The notes: generated from the letters alone by a model not told the origin. DNA of 62,720 nt, filler included, from Eubacteriales bacterium (GCA_045636665.1; 5 parts of 5 records of this genome joined end to end with filler, not necessarily neighbours in it); one strand, 5' to 3'; positions 52,791 to 61,715 are shown, numbered from the whole stretch's first letter. Numbers and translations: made by a program.

Positions 52791-54341
52791 ATGAAAAAAC
52801 TCTTTGTTCTTTTTATTGCCTTTCTTATGGCTGCCCTTTCTGCGTGTAGCGGTGAAGTCATATCGCAAAATTCAAACCCCGAGAAAAGCACCGCCGAAGG
52901 TATATCAATTGAAGAATCGTCAGATTTCTCAGATTCCGAAGAAATCAGCTATGAAATATCGGTTGATGAAAATTTTCCCGAGACAGTGACTGTGTGCGAC
53001 GGCTTGACCGTCGTAAAGGCATACGGGAAAAACTTTTGGCTTTTCGGCGTGATGAAGGACGGGGAATATATAATCAAACCCCGATTTGATGAAGAGCCTA
53101 TCATAAAGAACGGAAAGATCATCTTCAATAAAAACAAACAGAATGAGCTTGGCTCGGAAGGGTATATCTATGATTATTCGGGCAAGCTTATAAAAAAAGT
53201 GAACGGCAATTTCACCGCTCACAAGGATTTCGATTATATTATCGAGTACGAGCGTTACGACCATGACCCAAAAACAGGTTTGCATATGATTCTCGATTAT
53301 TCGCTTGAAAAGCTCTATGTCGCGCCTCTCAGAGTAACTGTTAGTCTGGCATATCTAAGTGAGTGGTCGCCCGAAATAATGCCATACCACGTTAAAGTCA
53401 ACGAAGTAACCGTTCATCTTAAAAATCTTATCGACGGAATTGAATATCCTCAAGTCGAGGTGCCCGACTATAAAAATGCATATTCCCTTAACCCCGAAAG
53501 TGCAACCGTTATTCAAACACCCTACCAACTCCGCAACACGGGCAGAAATTATGAATTTACCGACGAGCTTAAAAGCTATTTAAAATCAAAGCTTATTAAT
53601 TATCTTACCGTTGCCGACGTCCCATTTGATGAATCAAAAATCATCTTTGAAGAGGATGAGATGGATTGCTATGCAAGCTATAAGCTTGATGGTAACAGCC
53701 GCGTGACTGCGTGCTGGGATTATATTTTGCTAAAGACAGATGCCGAGGATATCTCGCGCGAGCCGATGACCGACCCGTTTTCGAATCCTGCAGTTCTCGA
53801 TTTTTGTGAGATGACCTTTAAAACCACCGAAGGACTTAAGGTCGAAAGGACGTCTGATGCATATATAATTTACAATGGAAGCGACAGTGTCGACCGAGGT
53901 ATCCTGTCTCTCGCGCAAAAATACGTTCGTGTTACCGTTGACTACGAATACGGATTTTTTAAATATGTCAGCGCGAAAGACCTGAGCGATGAAAATATCT
54001 TCCCGACACATACTCTCGACGCGATTTCCTATGCCGAAGCAGAACAGAGATTCAGAAACGGCAAATTCGTTCAGTTGCCGTACGACTTGGCGGAAATCGA
54101 TCACGAAAACTGCAATATCGAGGGCGTAGAATTTGTATACGAGCTTATCACCGAGTGCTGTTGTGAGGAATGCTTCGATATCGGCTATTATATCCCTTGC
54201 TATAACTTTATTATACGCGATAAGGCTTCGCCCGAATACGTCGGTGATTTTCTCGTTCCCGCAATCGATTTAGACGAATTGAACGAATATTTAGCCTCGA
54301 AATCGCTTCCGCACGTAAACCACTATTGGACCCAAGATTGA
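52791..54341 (+). CDS. Hypothetical lipoprotein
   Basis: AAAGGAG RBS; lipobox LSAC; Ser/Glu linker. Confidence 0.8.
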   Translation: MKKLFVLFIAFLMAALSACSGEVISQNSNPEKSTAEGISIEESSDFSDSEEISYEISVDENFPETVTVCDGLTVVKAYGKNFWLFGVMKDGEYIIKPRFDEEPIIKNGKIIFNKNKQNELGSEGYIYDYSGKLIKKVNGNFTAHKDFDYIIEYERYDHDPKTGLHMILDYSLEKLYVAPLRVTVSLAYLSEWSPEIMPYHVKVNEVTVHLKNLIDGIEYPQVEVPDYKNAYSLNPESATVIQTPYQLRNTGRNYEFTDELKSYLKSKLINYLTVADVPFDESKIIFEEDEMDCYASYKLDGNSRVTACWDYILLKTDAEDISREPMTDPFSNPAVLDFCEMTFKTTEGLKVERTSDAYIIYNGSDSVDRGILSLAQKYVRVTVDYEYGFFKYVSAKDLSDENIFPTHTLDAISYAEAEQRFRNGKFVQLPYDLAEIDHENCNIEGVEFVYELITECCCEECFDIGYYIPCYNFIIRDKASPEYVGDFLVPAIDLDELNEYLASKSLPHVNHYWTQD

Positions 54342-54404
54342 CCCCAAGAATAAAGAAAAAAGGCGCTTCAACCGAAGCGCCTTATTCACCGAAGCAAAAG
54401 CTTC

Positions 54405-56087
54405 TTATTTCATATTCTTTTCTGCGGTTTCGATCATCTTCTTAAATGTGAATCCCGTACGACTTTTTGCTTTCGCAGAGAGCTTTTTTAGCCATTTCTC
54501 AGTATTTTTGCCCGTAAAAATCTTGATCTCAAGCTTCGCCGAATCATCATCTGTTAATGTTACAAAGATTTTGTCTATATATTGAGCAACAAATTCGTTC
54601 GTTATCATACCGCTGCTTGCGTCTTTGATAGCCGAATCAAGCATTGCTTTAACTTCGGTAATATGCTTTCGATATTCTTCTTGTGTAAAGCGTTGCGTTT
54701 CAAGTTCGGTTATAGTTTTCTTGGCTGCTTCAATTTCGCGGTCGCAATGGTCCGTCATAGATTTAAAGTTGGACGATGAAACAGATCCGGTAGTTACAAG
54801 CTCAAGAAGCTTGTTTTTCTTTTGCTCGCCAAGTTCTATAATGAGTTTTTGCTCTGTAATTTGCTTTACAGTTTCATCATCGTCTTCTAATGATAAAAAC
54901 ATTTCTTGATAAGTTTCAAGTAGGGATTCTACGTCTACACGGGTTTCGCTGAACACCTCAAATAAAATCGGTTTAATCTCGTCTTCATATATCGCGAATG
55001 AGGGACATGCGTCGGCACCGTTATTTATCTTGTTTGAGCAAACCCATTTCGAGTTGATTCTCCCATCCTTGCTCTTTGATTCTCTGCGGTAGTATGGTGT
55101 ACCACAATGGCTACAATACAATTTTCCTGTCATGAGATTTGCATGGTTGCAAATGCCTTGGCGGTTCTTAACGTCTTCGCTTCTTCGAGCCAAAATTTGG
55201 TTGGCTTTATCCCATAATTCTTCGGATACTATAGCTGGAACGATTTCGCCGGTTTCGTCCTTGAACATAACCCATTCTTCAGGTGGCAAGAACTTCTGCT
55301 TCTTAGTGAACATATCAACGATACGTACCTTATTGCCCACATAATAGCCCTTATACTTAGGATTAGAGATAATGCCAGACATCGTGGTATGGGCAATTTT
55401 ATTGCCATTGTAATTGCGATAGCCTTGTTCGTAGAAAAGCCTCTCTAACTGCTTCATGCTGTATTCGCCGGTAGCGTACAGACGAAACAAATCGCGCACC
55501 ATTGGGGCTTGGCTTTCATCGATAACAAGTCGTTTTTCTTCTTTTTTGTACCCAAATATACGGCTGTTTCCAAGCACCACATTCGATTTAATTGCCTGCT
55601 GATGACCGAATTTAATACGAGAAGAAAGCTTGCGAAGCTCATCCTGTGCGATAGAGGACATAATTGTCAATCTTAATTCGGCATCTTCGTCCAACGTATT
55701 TATATTATCGTTTTGAAAGAAAACTCCGACGCCAAGTCCAAGTAACTCTCTAGTGTATTGTAGTGAGTCGAGCGTGTTACGGGCAAAACGGGAGATTTCT
55801 TTTGTGATAATAAGATCAAACATATCGTTTTTGGCATCAGCAATCATCTCGTTGAAATGCTTTCTTTTTTTGGTAGATATACCCGAAAGACCTTCGTCGA
55901 TATACCCCGGTACAAAAGTCCAAGTCTTGTTCTTCTTGATGAAATTTTCGTAGTAAGCTATCTGGTTATCAAGCGAGTTGAGTTGTTCGTCTGTGTCAGA
56001 AGAAACACGGGCATAGTATGTTACCCGAAGCGGTATATCATATATTGATTTTGTTCGCAGCTCCGAGCGAATGCTTAATATGTCCAT
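54405..56087 (-). CDS. Large serine recombinase (integrase)
   Basis: YARVSS catalytic Ser, KEISRFARN, recombinase domain, CSHC...C..C zinc ribbon, coiled coil. Confidence 0.95.
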   Translation of the reverse strand: MDILSIRSELRTKSIYDIPLRVTYYARVSSDTDEQLNSLDNQIAYYENFIKKNKTWTFVPGYIDEGLSGISTKKRKHFNEMIADAKNDMFDLIITKEISRFARNTLDSLQYTRELLGLGVGVFFQNDNINTLDEDAELRLTIMSSIAQDELRKLSSRIKFGHQQAIKSNVVLGNSRIFGYKKEEKRLVIDESQAPMVRDLFRLYATGEYSMKQLERLFYEQGYRNYNGNKIAHTTMSGIISNPKYKGYYVGNKVRIVDMFTKKQKFLPPEEWVMFKDETGEIVPAIVSEELWDKANQILARRSEDVKNRQGICNHANLMTGKLYCSHCGTPYYRRESKSKDGRINSKWVCSNKINNGADACPSFAIYEDEIKPILFEVFSETRVDVESLLETYQEMFLSLEDDDETVKQITEQKLIIELGEQKKNKLLELVTTGSVSSSNFKSMTDHCDREIEAAKKTITELETQRFTQEEYRKHITEVKAMLDSAIKDASSGMITNEFVAQYIDKIFVTLTDDDSAKLEIKIFTGKNTEKWLKKLSAKAKSRTGFTFKKMIETAEKNMK

Positions 56088-56246
56088 AAGTTTAACCTTC
56101 CATAAAAGTTCGTTTTATCATTTTCTCTATATGACATTATACCGCGAACGATATCAAAAAGCAATGCTTAAATCGAACTTTTTCAAAAGTATTTTTTGTA
56201 AAAAATAGGGAAGAAACGTTTTAGTTTCATCCCTTGATTTTAAACT

Positions 56247-56426
56247 CTAGATAACAGCGCGTTTTTGAGAAAGCTTTGCTTTTCTCGTCGAGATCTTTTC
56301 GGTCATTTTCTTATATTCCTTTTCTGTTATAGTCCCGTTTTCAAAAAGATAACGATTAAAATAATTTAACCAAATGTCTTCTGCGAAAATTTTTTCGCGT
56401 TCTTCATCAAGCAAAACTTTTTTCAA
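56247..56426 (-). CDS. Small SHOCT-like protein upstream of the recombinase
   Basis: TTG with AGAGGTGA RBS; WLNYFNRYLFENGTITEKEYKKM. Confidence 0.6.
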   Translation of the reverse strand: MKKVLLDEEREKIFAEDIWLNYFNRYLFENGTITEKEYKKMTEKISTRKAKLSQKRAVI

Positions 56427-56795
56427 AAACTCACCTCTTTTCAACAAAAATTTAAAACACAAATTATAAGAAATAACTTCTTCATATAACCCAGAAATAA
56501 TCGTTTGTTTTTTACGATCCAAGAATAAAATGTTATAAATTGATTCTAACCCTTTCTTAAATTTTATATTCAAATTCGTAGTGTTTTGTATATGAGTATG
56601 CCTTCAAAGATCCTTTTCGTAACTAACACACATAAAAAATTGCTCAACTCTTTAATAGTTTATCAGTATATTGTTCATAAAAATAGCCTGTGTAAGATGC
56701 AAACAAAATTGTTATATAATTTAAAGCCGAACAGAGGATTATATTCCTTTGCTCGGCTTTCCTCTGTGTGTAGGAAGTTTTTAAAAATAAAATTT

Positions 56796-57350
56796 TTATT
56801 CTGCGAAATAAGATTCACCCTTAATGCTTATCATAAAATTTTTAACATCATCAACTGAATCAACAAGGGGATATTTCTTCAACGCATTAAGTACATTTGT
56901 ATGATATCTTTCGTTTTTAGACGCACGGGAATCAAGTATTGTGATAACACCGGTGTCCTTTTCTGTTCTTATCAATCTACCTGCACCTTGTCTTAATTTT
57001 ATAAGCATGTTAGGCAAACAAACTTCATTAATGAACTTAGAAATATTTTTGTCCTTCTTTTCTTCCGAAACAACACTTCTCATAGGGAACGGCAATCTAA
57101 CAATGATTAGGGACGAAAGAGCATCACCGCTACAGTCGACACCTTCCCACATAGGACCCGATGCAAATAAAACACCATTTTTTGCTTTCTTAAAATCAGA
57201 TATAGCTGTCTTATTGCCTCTCGTCATACATATAACTTCATATTTTGTTAAACGTTCTTTCAGCAACAAATACACCTCATTAAGTACTTTATATGACGTA
57301 AACAAAATTGCAGTATGTCCATTGGTTGCACAAATCAATTCATAACAACG
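56796..57350 (-). CDS. DinG/YoaA-family helicase, C-terminal fragment
   Basis: LFTSY, WEGVD, IVRLPF, RQGAGRLIR, ILDSR. Confidence 0.88.
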   Translation of the reverse strand, partial: RCYELICATNGHTAILFTSYKVLNEVYLLLKERLTKYEVICMTRGNKTAISDFKKAKNGVLFASGPMWEGVDCSGDALSSLIIVRLPFPMRSVVSEEKKDKNISKFINEVCLPNMLIKLRQGAGRLIRTEKDTGVITILDSRASKNERYHTNVLNALKKYPLVDSVDDVKNFMISIKGESYFAE

Positions 57351-57450
57351 NNNNNNNNNNNNNNNNNNNNNNNNNNNNNNNNNNNNNNNNNNNNTTAATT
57401 AATTAANNNNNNNNNNNNNNNNNNNNNNNNNNNNNNNNNNNNNNNNNNNN
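57351..57450. other. Artificial contig linker
   Basis: N44-TTAATTAATTAA-N44. Confidence 0.99.
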
Positions 57451-57870
57451 ACTACACTGCTACGCTTGACTACGGTCGCCGCCGCTAAAGCGGTAAATTC
57501 TCGTCATTCTTCGCTTGTCATTTTTTTCACAACCGCAACTCTTTCGCTTTTTTTGAGCGGCTCGCGGAGTTGAGTAATCGAAAGGAAGATAAAAATCAAA
57601 GGAGAGAAAAACGATAACGGTAATGGGTGGGGGCGCGGGCTGAGCATAGGCGGTTTTTTCTTTCGTAGCGCAGCCGAATAGGCAAGCGTCAAGCGAAAGA
57701 AAAAATTTTTTGAGCAAAGCGAAAAAAAAGCCGTGTCGACGACGAGGCGAAAACAAGTTAGCACGTCCCCGCGAAAACTTGCGGCTGTTTTAACGTTCAA
57801 GGGGGCGTGCACGCAGTTTGAGCCCGTCGGCGTATGCTCAGGGGCGCATCTGCGACGTTGCTTAAAGTCG

Positions 57871-57952
57871 TTGACAGCTCGTTTTCATTTGTGATAAAAT
57901 CGTTATCACAAATCGTAATGTTCTTTGTTTCGTTTGATAAGTCGTTTTATCA
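57871..57952 (+). promoter_or_regulatory. Promoter of left repL-like gene overlapped by TGATAA/TTATCA palindromes
   Basis: TTGACA-N18-(TG)TAAAAT; ATTTGTGATAA-N5-TTATCACAAAT (57887-57913); TGATAA-N6-TTATCA (57935-57952). Confidence 0.7.
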
Positions 57953-57971
57953 CTTCGAGGAGGAAATCTTA

Positions 57972-58547
57972 ATGCGCTCTCAAGTTGCCAAAGTCAGTCC
58001 CGTCGTCCGCATGGCTGAAATCAAAGACCAACAAATCCAGGAGATTTTGGAGTATAATGAACGTAAAAAATCTCCCTTTAGGAAGTGGGTACAGATGAAC
58101 TACGACGATAACGCTTACCAAGCCGATGATTTTCTCGTTGCCAATTCTCCGACTGCTTACAGGATTTTCAAGTTCCTCATTGCCAACATGGACAAATATA
58201 ACGCCGTAATCGTCAGTTACAAAGTTATCCAGCAGGTTTTCGGCTACGGGCAAGCCACTGTCGCAAGAGCCGTCAAGTTTTTGAAAGACCACAACTATAT
58301 TGAAGTCGTTCGTACCGGTGGCGCAAATATCTACACCATTAACAAGCACCTTTATTGGAACTCTTGGGGCACCAACTACGAATACGCCGAGTTTGATGCG
58401 CGCGTTATCATCACCTCTTCCGAGCAGGATAAACAAACTCAAGCGAAAATTCGTACTCAGATTAAGAAAAGGCAGGAAGTTATTCAAAGCCCGCCGACTT
58501 TCCAAGAACAAATTCTTAAGGCTCAAGCTATGGATAATGCAGAATAA
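57972..58547 (+). CDS. RepL-like replication/maintenance HTH protein
   Basis: GAGGAGG RBS; WVQM, IFKFLIANMDKYNAVIVS, HTH ATVARAVKFLKD, YTIN..YW. Confidence 0.75.
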   Translation: MRSQVAKVSPVVRMAEIKDQQIQEILEYNERKKSPFRKWVQMNYDDNAYQADDFLVANSPTAYRIFKFLIANMDKYNAVIVSYKVIQQVFGYGQATVARAVKFLKDHNYIEVVRTGGANIYTINKHLYWNSWGTNYEYAEFDARVIITSSEQDKQTQAKIRTQIKKRQEVIQSPPTFQEQILKAQAMDNAE

Positions 58548-58559
58548 TTCTTGTATAAT
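58531..58559 (+). promoter_or_regulatory. Putative promoter of the small-protein/Rpn operon
   Basis: TGGATA-N17-TATAAT followed by AGGAGG RBS. Confidence 0.55.
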
Positions 58560-58581
58560 CTGAAAAAAGGAGGTCGCGCTT

Positions 58582-58809
58582 ATGAGCTATGTTTTTTCTA
58601 CCGAGAAAGTCGGTTCCGTCAAACTCCAAAACTTTCATCACTCCATTGGCAAAAGCTTAATGCTTGCAGGGGTTGACGGGCAGACCAACGACGCTGACAC
58701 CGTGATTAACGGAATCAATCAGTTGCTTTCTATCGTGAACTTTCAGAACGAATACGACCCCGAAGACGCGATTAGGACGGTGATTCAAAGTGTCAACGTA
58801 CAAGAATAA
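58582..58809 (+). CDS. Small protein A (75 aa), divergent DUF1659-like
   Basis: Strong RBS; beta-beta-helix-beta pattern, ends T...SV like ORF C. Confidence 0.55.
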   Translation: MSYVFSTEKVGSVKLQNFHHSIGKSLMLAGVDGQTNDADTVINGINQLLSIVNFQNEYDPEDAIRTVIQSVNVQE

Positions 58810-59044
58810 TGTGACTGTCACTTTACTTTATATCGACGGATACACCCGCTCTTACACTTTCGAGAACGTCGCCGACAACGACTTAATCAACGTCAAGAGC
58901 GTTGTCAAAGCAATCAACAAGAACGAAAATAATCAGTACGCGGCTTTTTATTCGACGTTCATAAGTCCTGACGGCGCGGCGGTTGAGAAAATCGAGGCGG
59001 CTCGTATTGTTTCTGTTGAAGAGGAGGTGCTTTACAGTGACTAA
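58790..59044 (+). CDS. Small protein B (84 aa), DUF2922-like
   Basis: YIDGYTRSYTFEN...F...DG.....I..ARIV..EE; paralog of ORF D. Confidence 0.65.
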   Translation: MSTYKNNVTVTLLYIDGYTRSYTFENVADNDLINVKSVVKAINKNENNQYAAFYSTFISPDGAAVEKIEAARIVSVEEEVLYSD

Positions 59045-59225
59045 GGTTATTTCTATGGTTATCCAGAGCACCGACAGTTCAGCCAAAAAACAAACCAACA
59101 CTGTAACCTATATCAATCCGACGGCGACCAATGAACAAATTAGAACATTCGCGCAGAAAATCATTGCACTCACCACTGACAACTATGTCGGCGTCACGAA
59201 GGTAACGAAAGAGAGCGTGATCTGA
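59037..59225 (+). CDS. Small protein C (62 aa), DUF1659-like
   Basis: GTG with GAGGAGGTG RBS; KKQTNTVTYINPTATNEQI..FAQ.I.AL pattern. Confidence 0.7.
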   Translation: MTKVISMVIQSTDSSAKKQTNTVTYINPTATNEQIRTFAQKIIALTTDNYVGVTKVTKESVI

Positions 59226-59227
59226 CT

Positions 59228-59476
59228 ATGGCTGACATCATTAAAACTGCGTACAATCTGGTAATTGAAACGGTCTTTGTAGACGGCGACACGCGCTCCA
59301 TAACAATCAAAAACCCGCGCAACAATATTTCCCAAAGCGAAATTAGCGAGTTAAATTCCTACATGCAAGAGAACAACATTATAATCGGAGATAAAGACGG
59401 CTCGACGTTCGGGCGGATTAAGAAAGTCACGCGGCGCAGTTCCACAACGACTTACCTTGACATTAGCGATGATTGA
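59228..59476 (+). CDS. Small protein D (82 aa), DUF2922-like
   Basis: L.I...F.DG.TRSITIKNPR..IS..EI......NII...DG pattern. Confidence 0.7.
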   Translation: MADIIKTAYNLVIETVFVDGDTRSITIKNPRNNISQSEISELNSYMQENNIIIGDKDGSTFGRIKKVTRRSSTTTYLDISDD

Positions 59477-59478
59477 AA

Positions 59479-60309
59479 ATGGCAGAATATAACAAACGGT
59501 ATCGCGATACGGTCTTCCGCGATTACTTCAACGACGAGGAAAGATTGTTATCGCTTTGTAATGCTTTACTCGGAACGGATGCTGCCGCGCTCAAAATAAA
59601 TACTCTCGAAGGAATATTTTTCGACCGGCAGAAGAACGATATTTCCTGTGTCGTCGAAAATAATTTTCTCGTCCTTATCGAACATCAAAGCACAATCAAT
59701 GAAAATATGCCGTTTCGGTGTTTGTCCTACGTCGCCGAGCTTATGAACAATCTGGTTGAAGACAAGGATAAACTGTATCATAAAGCCTTGATACGGTTCC
59801 CTGCGCCCCGATTTTACGTCTTTTACGACGGAGACGCCTTGCAACCCGTAGAAAGGCTTTTGCGCTTATCAGAAGCGTTTACAGGTTCAAATTCAGCCCT
59901 TGAATTGGTCGTAACTTCGCTTAATATAAATCACGGCTTGGAGCAACCGTTGCTTGCAAAATGTCGGTATCTGCGCGAGTATTCGACGCTAGTCGGCAAG
60001 GTTAAAGAAGGAATCCGCTCCGGACTAACGAGACGCGAGGCAATAAGCCGAGCGGTAAAATTTTGTCTCGACAAGGGACTGATGAAAGGTTATCTGGAAA
60101 AAAAATCGCAGGAGGTGTTCCATATGCTCGCTTTGCAGTGGGAGCAAGAAAAAGCAATCCGCGCAAGCTATGAGGACGGGCGCGACGACGGGATAGAATC
60201 CATTGCGCTCAAGATGATTCAGCTCGGTAAACCTTTGGAGGATATTCTTCAGATTACCGATTTGCCGATTGAGAAAATCAAAAAACTTTCCGACAAAATC
60301 AAGAACTGA
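59479..60309 (+). CDS. Rpn-family PD-(D/E)XK nuclease ('putative transposase')
   Basis: RDTVFR, KNDIS, LIEHQST.NENMP.R.L.Y, C-terminal EDG..G..IA..M......I...T.L helix-turn-helix tail. Confidence 0.85.
   Translation: MAEYNKRYRDTVFRDYFNDEERLLSLCNALLGTDAAALKINTLEGIFFDRQKNDISCVVENNFLVLIEHQSTINENMPFRCLSYVAELMNNLVEDKDKLYHKALIRFPAPRFYVFYDGDALQPVERLLRLSEAFTGSNSALELVVTSLNINHGLEQPLLAKCRYLREYSTLVGKVKEGIRSGLTRREAISRAVKFCLDKGLMKGYLEKKSQEVFHMLALQWEQEKAIRASYEDGRDDGIESIALKMIQLGKPLEDILQITDLPIEKIKKLSDKIKN
60124..60309 (+). CDS. Candidate intragenic small Rpn (RpnS-like antitoxin), 61 aa
   Basis: In-frame ATG at 60124 preceded by AGGAGGTG (60110-60117) at 6-nt spacing. Confidence 0.6.
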   Translation: MLALQWEQEKAIRASYEDGRDDGIESIALKMIQLGKPLEDILQITDLPIEKIKKLSDKIKN

Positions 60310-60317
60310 AACTAAAG

Positions 60318-60351
60318 AAAAACTCTCGACCGCGTGCCGAGAGTTTTTTTT
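60318..60351. terminator. Bidirectional terminator between the convergent halves of the element
   Basis: AAAAACTCTCG-N9-CGAGAGTTTTTTTT. Confidence 0.8.
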
Positions 60352-60365
60352 CTTTTCATCGCTAC

Positions 60366-61304
60366 TTACCAATTCAATTCGATTCTTCCTCTGCCATTGC
60401 AATCGGGACAAGTTTTCTTAACTGTTACTCCGGGCGGTGGTGGCTCGCCGTATCGCGGTCCGTTATAATACTCAAATTCTTCGATATAACCGCTCCCATT
60501 ACACCTGAAACATTGTTTGTCTTTTATTTCATCTGCTGCATTTCTCATTTCCGGACCGCTCGGATAATCGAAGTTATCGCTACTACCGCTTGAGGGTTGC
60601 GGATTATGTTTTACTTCTTGAAGTTGGTATCGAGTGCGGTCGCCAGTGTCTGTGTAATTTATTCCGTCCGCATATCTTATAATTATTTCATTGTTCGAAA
60701 CCCTTATATATAAATTTATTTTATCATTGTGACTTACGATACTTTTAGTAAATTGCTTTACAGAACCTGTGCCAGTGTAAATAAAACCATAACATATAAT
60801 GCTAGGAATGTCATTTTCCTTCCCAAATAGTCTAAAGTTGTATTTACTTGTTATTAGGTTCATGTATTCTTGCATAACATCATAATTCGAATATTTTCCG
60901 GGAATTGATGCAATGACATAATTCACTCTTTGAGAATTATCATCATATCCCATCCAAATAATTTCTGCTTTGTTATGGGAAAAAGCCAAGAAGTCAGGTA
61001 AATAAGTATCGCTTTGTGAATGAGAGACAGACGGGGCAGGTTGAGCTCTGGTCGATTCCGGAGTTGAAGTTGGTTTAGTCTCAGTAGTTTTTCGCGTCGG
61101 CTCTTTTGCGATTGGTTGCGGTTTAGGTTCTTCTTTCTTTGGTTGCGGCTTGTACTGAGAAACGTTCTTTTCGCGTTCAATATCGTCAGCACTTTTTACA
61201 GAGCTCATATTGACGGAGGAGCCGCAAGCACTAAGAAGCAACCCGCAAACGAACAACATCAAGAGCGAAAAAACTAATGGTAGAAAATTATTCTTTCTGT
61301 TCAT
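60366..61304 (-). CDS. Lipoprotein with Pro/Thr linker and C-terminal DnaJ-type zinc finger
   Basis: Lipobox LSAC; CFRCNGSG and CPDCNGRG (CxxCxGxG x2). Confidence 0.8.
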   Translation of the reverse strand: MNRKNNFLPLVFSLLMLFVCGLLLSACGSSVNMSSVKSADDIEREKNVSQYKPQPKKEEPKPQPIAKEPTRKTTETKPTSTPESTRAQPAPSVSHSQSDTYLPDFLAFSHNKAEIIWMGYDDNSQRVNYVIASIPGKYSNYDVMQEYMNLITSKYNFRLFGKENDIPSIICYGFIYTGTGSVKQFTKSIVSHNDKINLYIRVSNNEIIIRYADGINYTDTGDRTRYQLQEVKHNPQPSSGSSDNFDYPSGPEMRNAADEIKDKQCFRCNGSGYIEEFEYYNGPRYGEPPPPGVTVKKTCPDCNGRGRIELNW

Positions 61305-61319
61305 GTCATTACCCTCATA

Positions 61320-61505
61320 CTATCTGCGTGATTCAATAAACTCTTCGTATTTCTCATTTAAATCCTTATTTGCTCTAATTTCTTCTCTTATCGAATTTTG
61401 CATATTGTTAATTGCCAATAAGTTGTCTCCTATATTTACCAATGAGATAATCGAAATATATGTTAGAAATAACAGCACGATAACTTTAACAACTTTAATA
61501 ATCAT
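61320..61505 (-). CDS. Small single-TM protein (61 aa)
   Basis: GGAGG RBS; N-terminal hydrophobic helix plus charged helix. Confidence 0.6.
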   Translation of the reverse strand: MIIKVVKVIVLLFLTYISIISLVNIGDNLLAINNMQNSIREEIRANKDLNEKYEEFIESRR

Positions 61506-61517
61506 AGAAAAACCTCC

Positions 61518-61715
61518 TCATTTGTACTTCATACCTTCTTCATCAGCTTTAATCATTTTGTCTCGAATGTCACTGTTCATTTTTGTAATCTGTTGTTTGT
61601 TATTGAATGTTTCACGTCGTTCTTTACTTGTTACGGTAGAGCCAAAAAAAGTTACAGCCGCTATGATAGCCATAACGATGATAGCTTTGGTGAGCTTATC
61701 AAATTTGTTCCACAT
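61518..61715 (-). CDS. Small single-TM protein (65 aa)
   Basis: GAGGTG RBS; TTGTAA-N17-TATAAT promoter at 61753-61781. Confidence 0.6.
   Translation of the reverse strand: MWNKFDKLTKAIIVMAIIAAVTFFGSTVTSKERRETFNNKQQITKMNSDIRDKMIKADEEGMKYK

Larger units (their letters stand above)
54405..57350. mobile_element. Probable terminal part of an integrated element
   Basis: Serine integrase, small ORF and DinG cargo; appears more AT-rich than flanking host genes; att site not identified. Confidence 0.5.

Noticed and set aside
56796..57350. DinG as part of a type IV CRISPR system, or linked to the neighbouring plasmid contig
   Set aside because: No array or csf genes in the window; the adjacent sequence is across an artificial linker
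57460..57812. Short ORFs in the termini of contig 5 (also 62132-62471)
   Set aside because: Low-complexity translations without RBS, lying over structured or repeat DNA
59473..60309. Rpn gene as an insertion-sequence transposase
   Set aside because: No terminal inverted repeats or target duplication; it is coupled within an operon and lacks DDE or HUH motifs
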